From: Proteiniphilum sp. | Lineage (GTDB): Bacteria; Bacteroidota; Bacteroidia; Bacteroidales; Dysgonomonadaceae | DNA: 58,484 bases | Assembly (NCBI GenBank): GCA_011620695.1 | Contig: WOYT01000100.1 | Span: 1-58,484, forward strand | Direction of reading: 5' to 3' | Shown: one piece after another, positions 57,235 to 58,484 of the stretch | How positions within the stretch are numbered: the stretch's first letter is position 1 | Layout of the letters: every line of letters begins with the position of its first letter | Translations under genes and position numbers: made by a program | Notes under the pieces: generated by a model | Told to the model about the DNA's origin: nothing | Databases searched by the model: none | The model's input: the letters and a program-made list of their open reading frames with translations, nothing else

Positions 57235-58377
57235 ATGAATCTATTCGATGTGTACAACCTCTGGCCCATTGAGCCGGTAAAAGCAGAGGGATGCAGGCTC
57301 TGGGATAAAAATGGCACCGAATACCTGGACCTCTATGGCGGTCATGCCGTGATCTCCATCGGGCACTCCCATCCGCGCTACGTGAAAGCATTGCAGCAAC
57401 AAGCGGCCCGGATCGGCTTCTACTCCAACTCGGTACAAAATTCCCTCCAACAGGAGCTGGCAGAGAAACTGGGAGAGCTGAGCGGCTATCCTGACTACGC
57501 CCTCTTCCTATGCAACTCGGGAGCCGAAGCCAATGAAAACGCCCTCAAACTGGCATCATTCCATACCGGCAAGAAACGGGTGATCGCCGTTGAAGGAGCT
57601 TTCCACGGTCGCACCTCCGGTGCGGTAGCGGTGACCGACAATCCGGCTATACAGGCACCTTTCAACAGGGAGCATGATGTGACTTTCCTCCCATTGAACA
57701 ACCTGGATGCAGTGGATCAGGAGCTGCGCAAAGGTGATGTAGCCGCACTGCTGATCGAAGGGATCCAGGGTGTAGCCGGCATCTATCTCCCCGACAATAC
57801 TTTTCTGCAGGGGGTGCGGGAGCTCTGCAACCATTACCGGACAGTGCTGATTCTCGACGAGATACAGTCCGGCTACGGTCGCACGGGCAATTTCTTCGCA
57901 CATCAGGCCGCCGGCATCAGACCCGATCTCATCACCACTGCCAAGGGAATGGGTAACGGCTTTCCGATTGGAGGGGTGCTCATCTCTCCTCTTTTTGAGG
58001 CCAAAAAAGGAATGCTTGGCACCACTTTTGGGGGGAACCACCTGGCTTGTGCCGCTGCCATCGCCGTACTGGAGGTGCTGAAAGATGAGTCGCTGATAGA
58101 GAATGCCAGGGAGATTGGCGATTACCTCAAAAAAGAACTATCTTTGATGAAGGGTATCAGCGAGGTCCGCGGTCGCGGACTGATGCTCGGCATCTCATTT
58201 GAGCCGGAAGATGCAGATATACGCGATGAGCTGCTTTTCCGTCATCACATCTTCACTGGCGGAGCCAAAAATAATGTGATGCGACTGCTGCCTCCCCTTT
58301 CAATTGGGAGGGCTGAGGTGGATCATTTCCTGACAGCACTGCGAGAGGCGTTAGCGCATGCAACAAAAACCAGATAA
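57235..58377 (+). CDS. argD: Acetyl/succinyl-ornithine aminotransferase
   Basis: Motifs YLDLYGG.AV..IGHSHP, NSGAEANE, FHGRT, EGIQG, DEIQSG.GRTG, AKGMGNG.PIG and TFGGN. Confidence 0.94.
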   Translation: MNLFDVYNLWPIEPVKAEGCRLWDKNGTEYLDLYGGHAVISIGHSHPRYVKALQQQAARIGFYSNSVQNSLQQELAEKLGELSGYPDYALFLCNSGAEANENALKLASFHTGKKRVIAVEGAFHGRTSGAVAVTDNPAIQAPFNREHDVTFLPLNNLDAVDQELRKGDVAALLIEGIQGVAGIYLPDNTFLQGVRELCNHYRTVLILDEIQSGYGRTGNFFAHQAAGIRPDLITTAKGMGNGFPIGGVLISPLFEAKKGMLGTTFGGNHLACAAAIAVLEVLKDESLIENAREIGDYLKKELSLMKGISEVRGRGLMLGISFEPEDADIRDELLFRHHIFTGGAKNNVMRLLPPLSIGRAEVDHFLTALREALAHATKTR

Positions 58378-58399
58378 GATCAACACAACAAAGCACCAT

Positions 58400-58484
58400 A
58401 TGAAGCATTTTACTTCCGTAAAGGATATAGGCGACCTGAAACAGGCGCTGGAAAAGGCGAAGTTCGTAAAAGAGAACCCCTTTG
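58400..58484 (+). CDS. argF: N-acyl(acetyl/succinyl)ornithine carbamoyltransferase ArgF', 5' fragment
   Basis: MKHFTSVKDIGDLKQALEKAKFVKENPF runs off the window; typical Bacteroidetes ArgF' N-terminus directly after argD. Confidence 0.75.
   Translation, partial: MKHFTSVKDIGDLKQALEKAKFVKENPF

Overview
A 58.5-kb chromosomal window from a Bacteroidales bacterium. The gene order, TAnnTTTG (-7) promoters, T9SS C-terminal domain and ArgF'-type arg operon fit this, and Dysgonomonadaceae (Proteiniphilum/Petrimonas-like) is my inference. It contains the tail of an alpha-glucan utilisation locus: GH53, three GH13s, an MFS transporter, a LacI regulator and a flavodoxin. An orphan arginine deiminase follows, then a long run of housekeeping genes (yjjG, rsmI, recD-like, rsmD, recG, glyA, rfbACB, trmD, murF, rnhA, rnpA, yidD, tatD, hemD, metK, frameshifted prfB, mltD, parAB). 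Also present are two SusD-less TonB-dependent receptors, a DoxX + Tat-type Gfo/Idh/MocA pair, a T9SS serine protease, a KamA-like radical-SAM aminomutase and the start of the arginine biosynthesis operon. I found no rRNA, tRNA, CRISPR array, IS or prophage. The most interesting signals are absent from the ORF track. (1) A 21-codon leader peptide with tandem CGA-CGA Arg codons and competing pairings precedes the arg operon, a candidate arginine attenuator. (2) A SAM-II-type riboswitch before metK is itself an ORF and is followed by a pyrimidine-rich, rut-like tract. (3) The KamA-like enzyme appears to have altered substrate-binding residues. (4) A decayed LOG-family pseudogene sits after metK. 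(5) Several intergenic spacers carry periodic 7-8-nt repeats. All functional calls come from motif recognition by eye; no searches were run.
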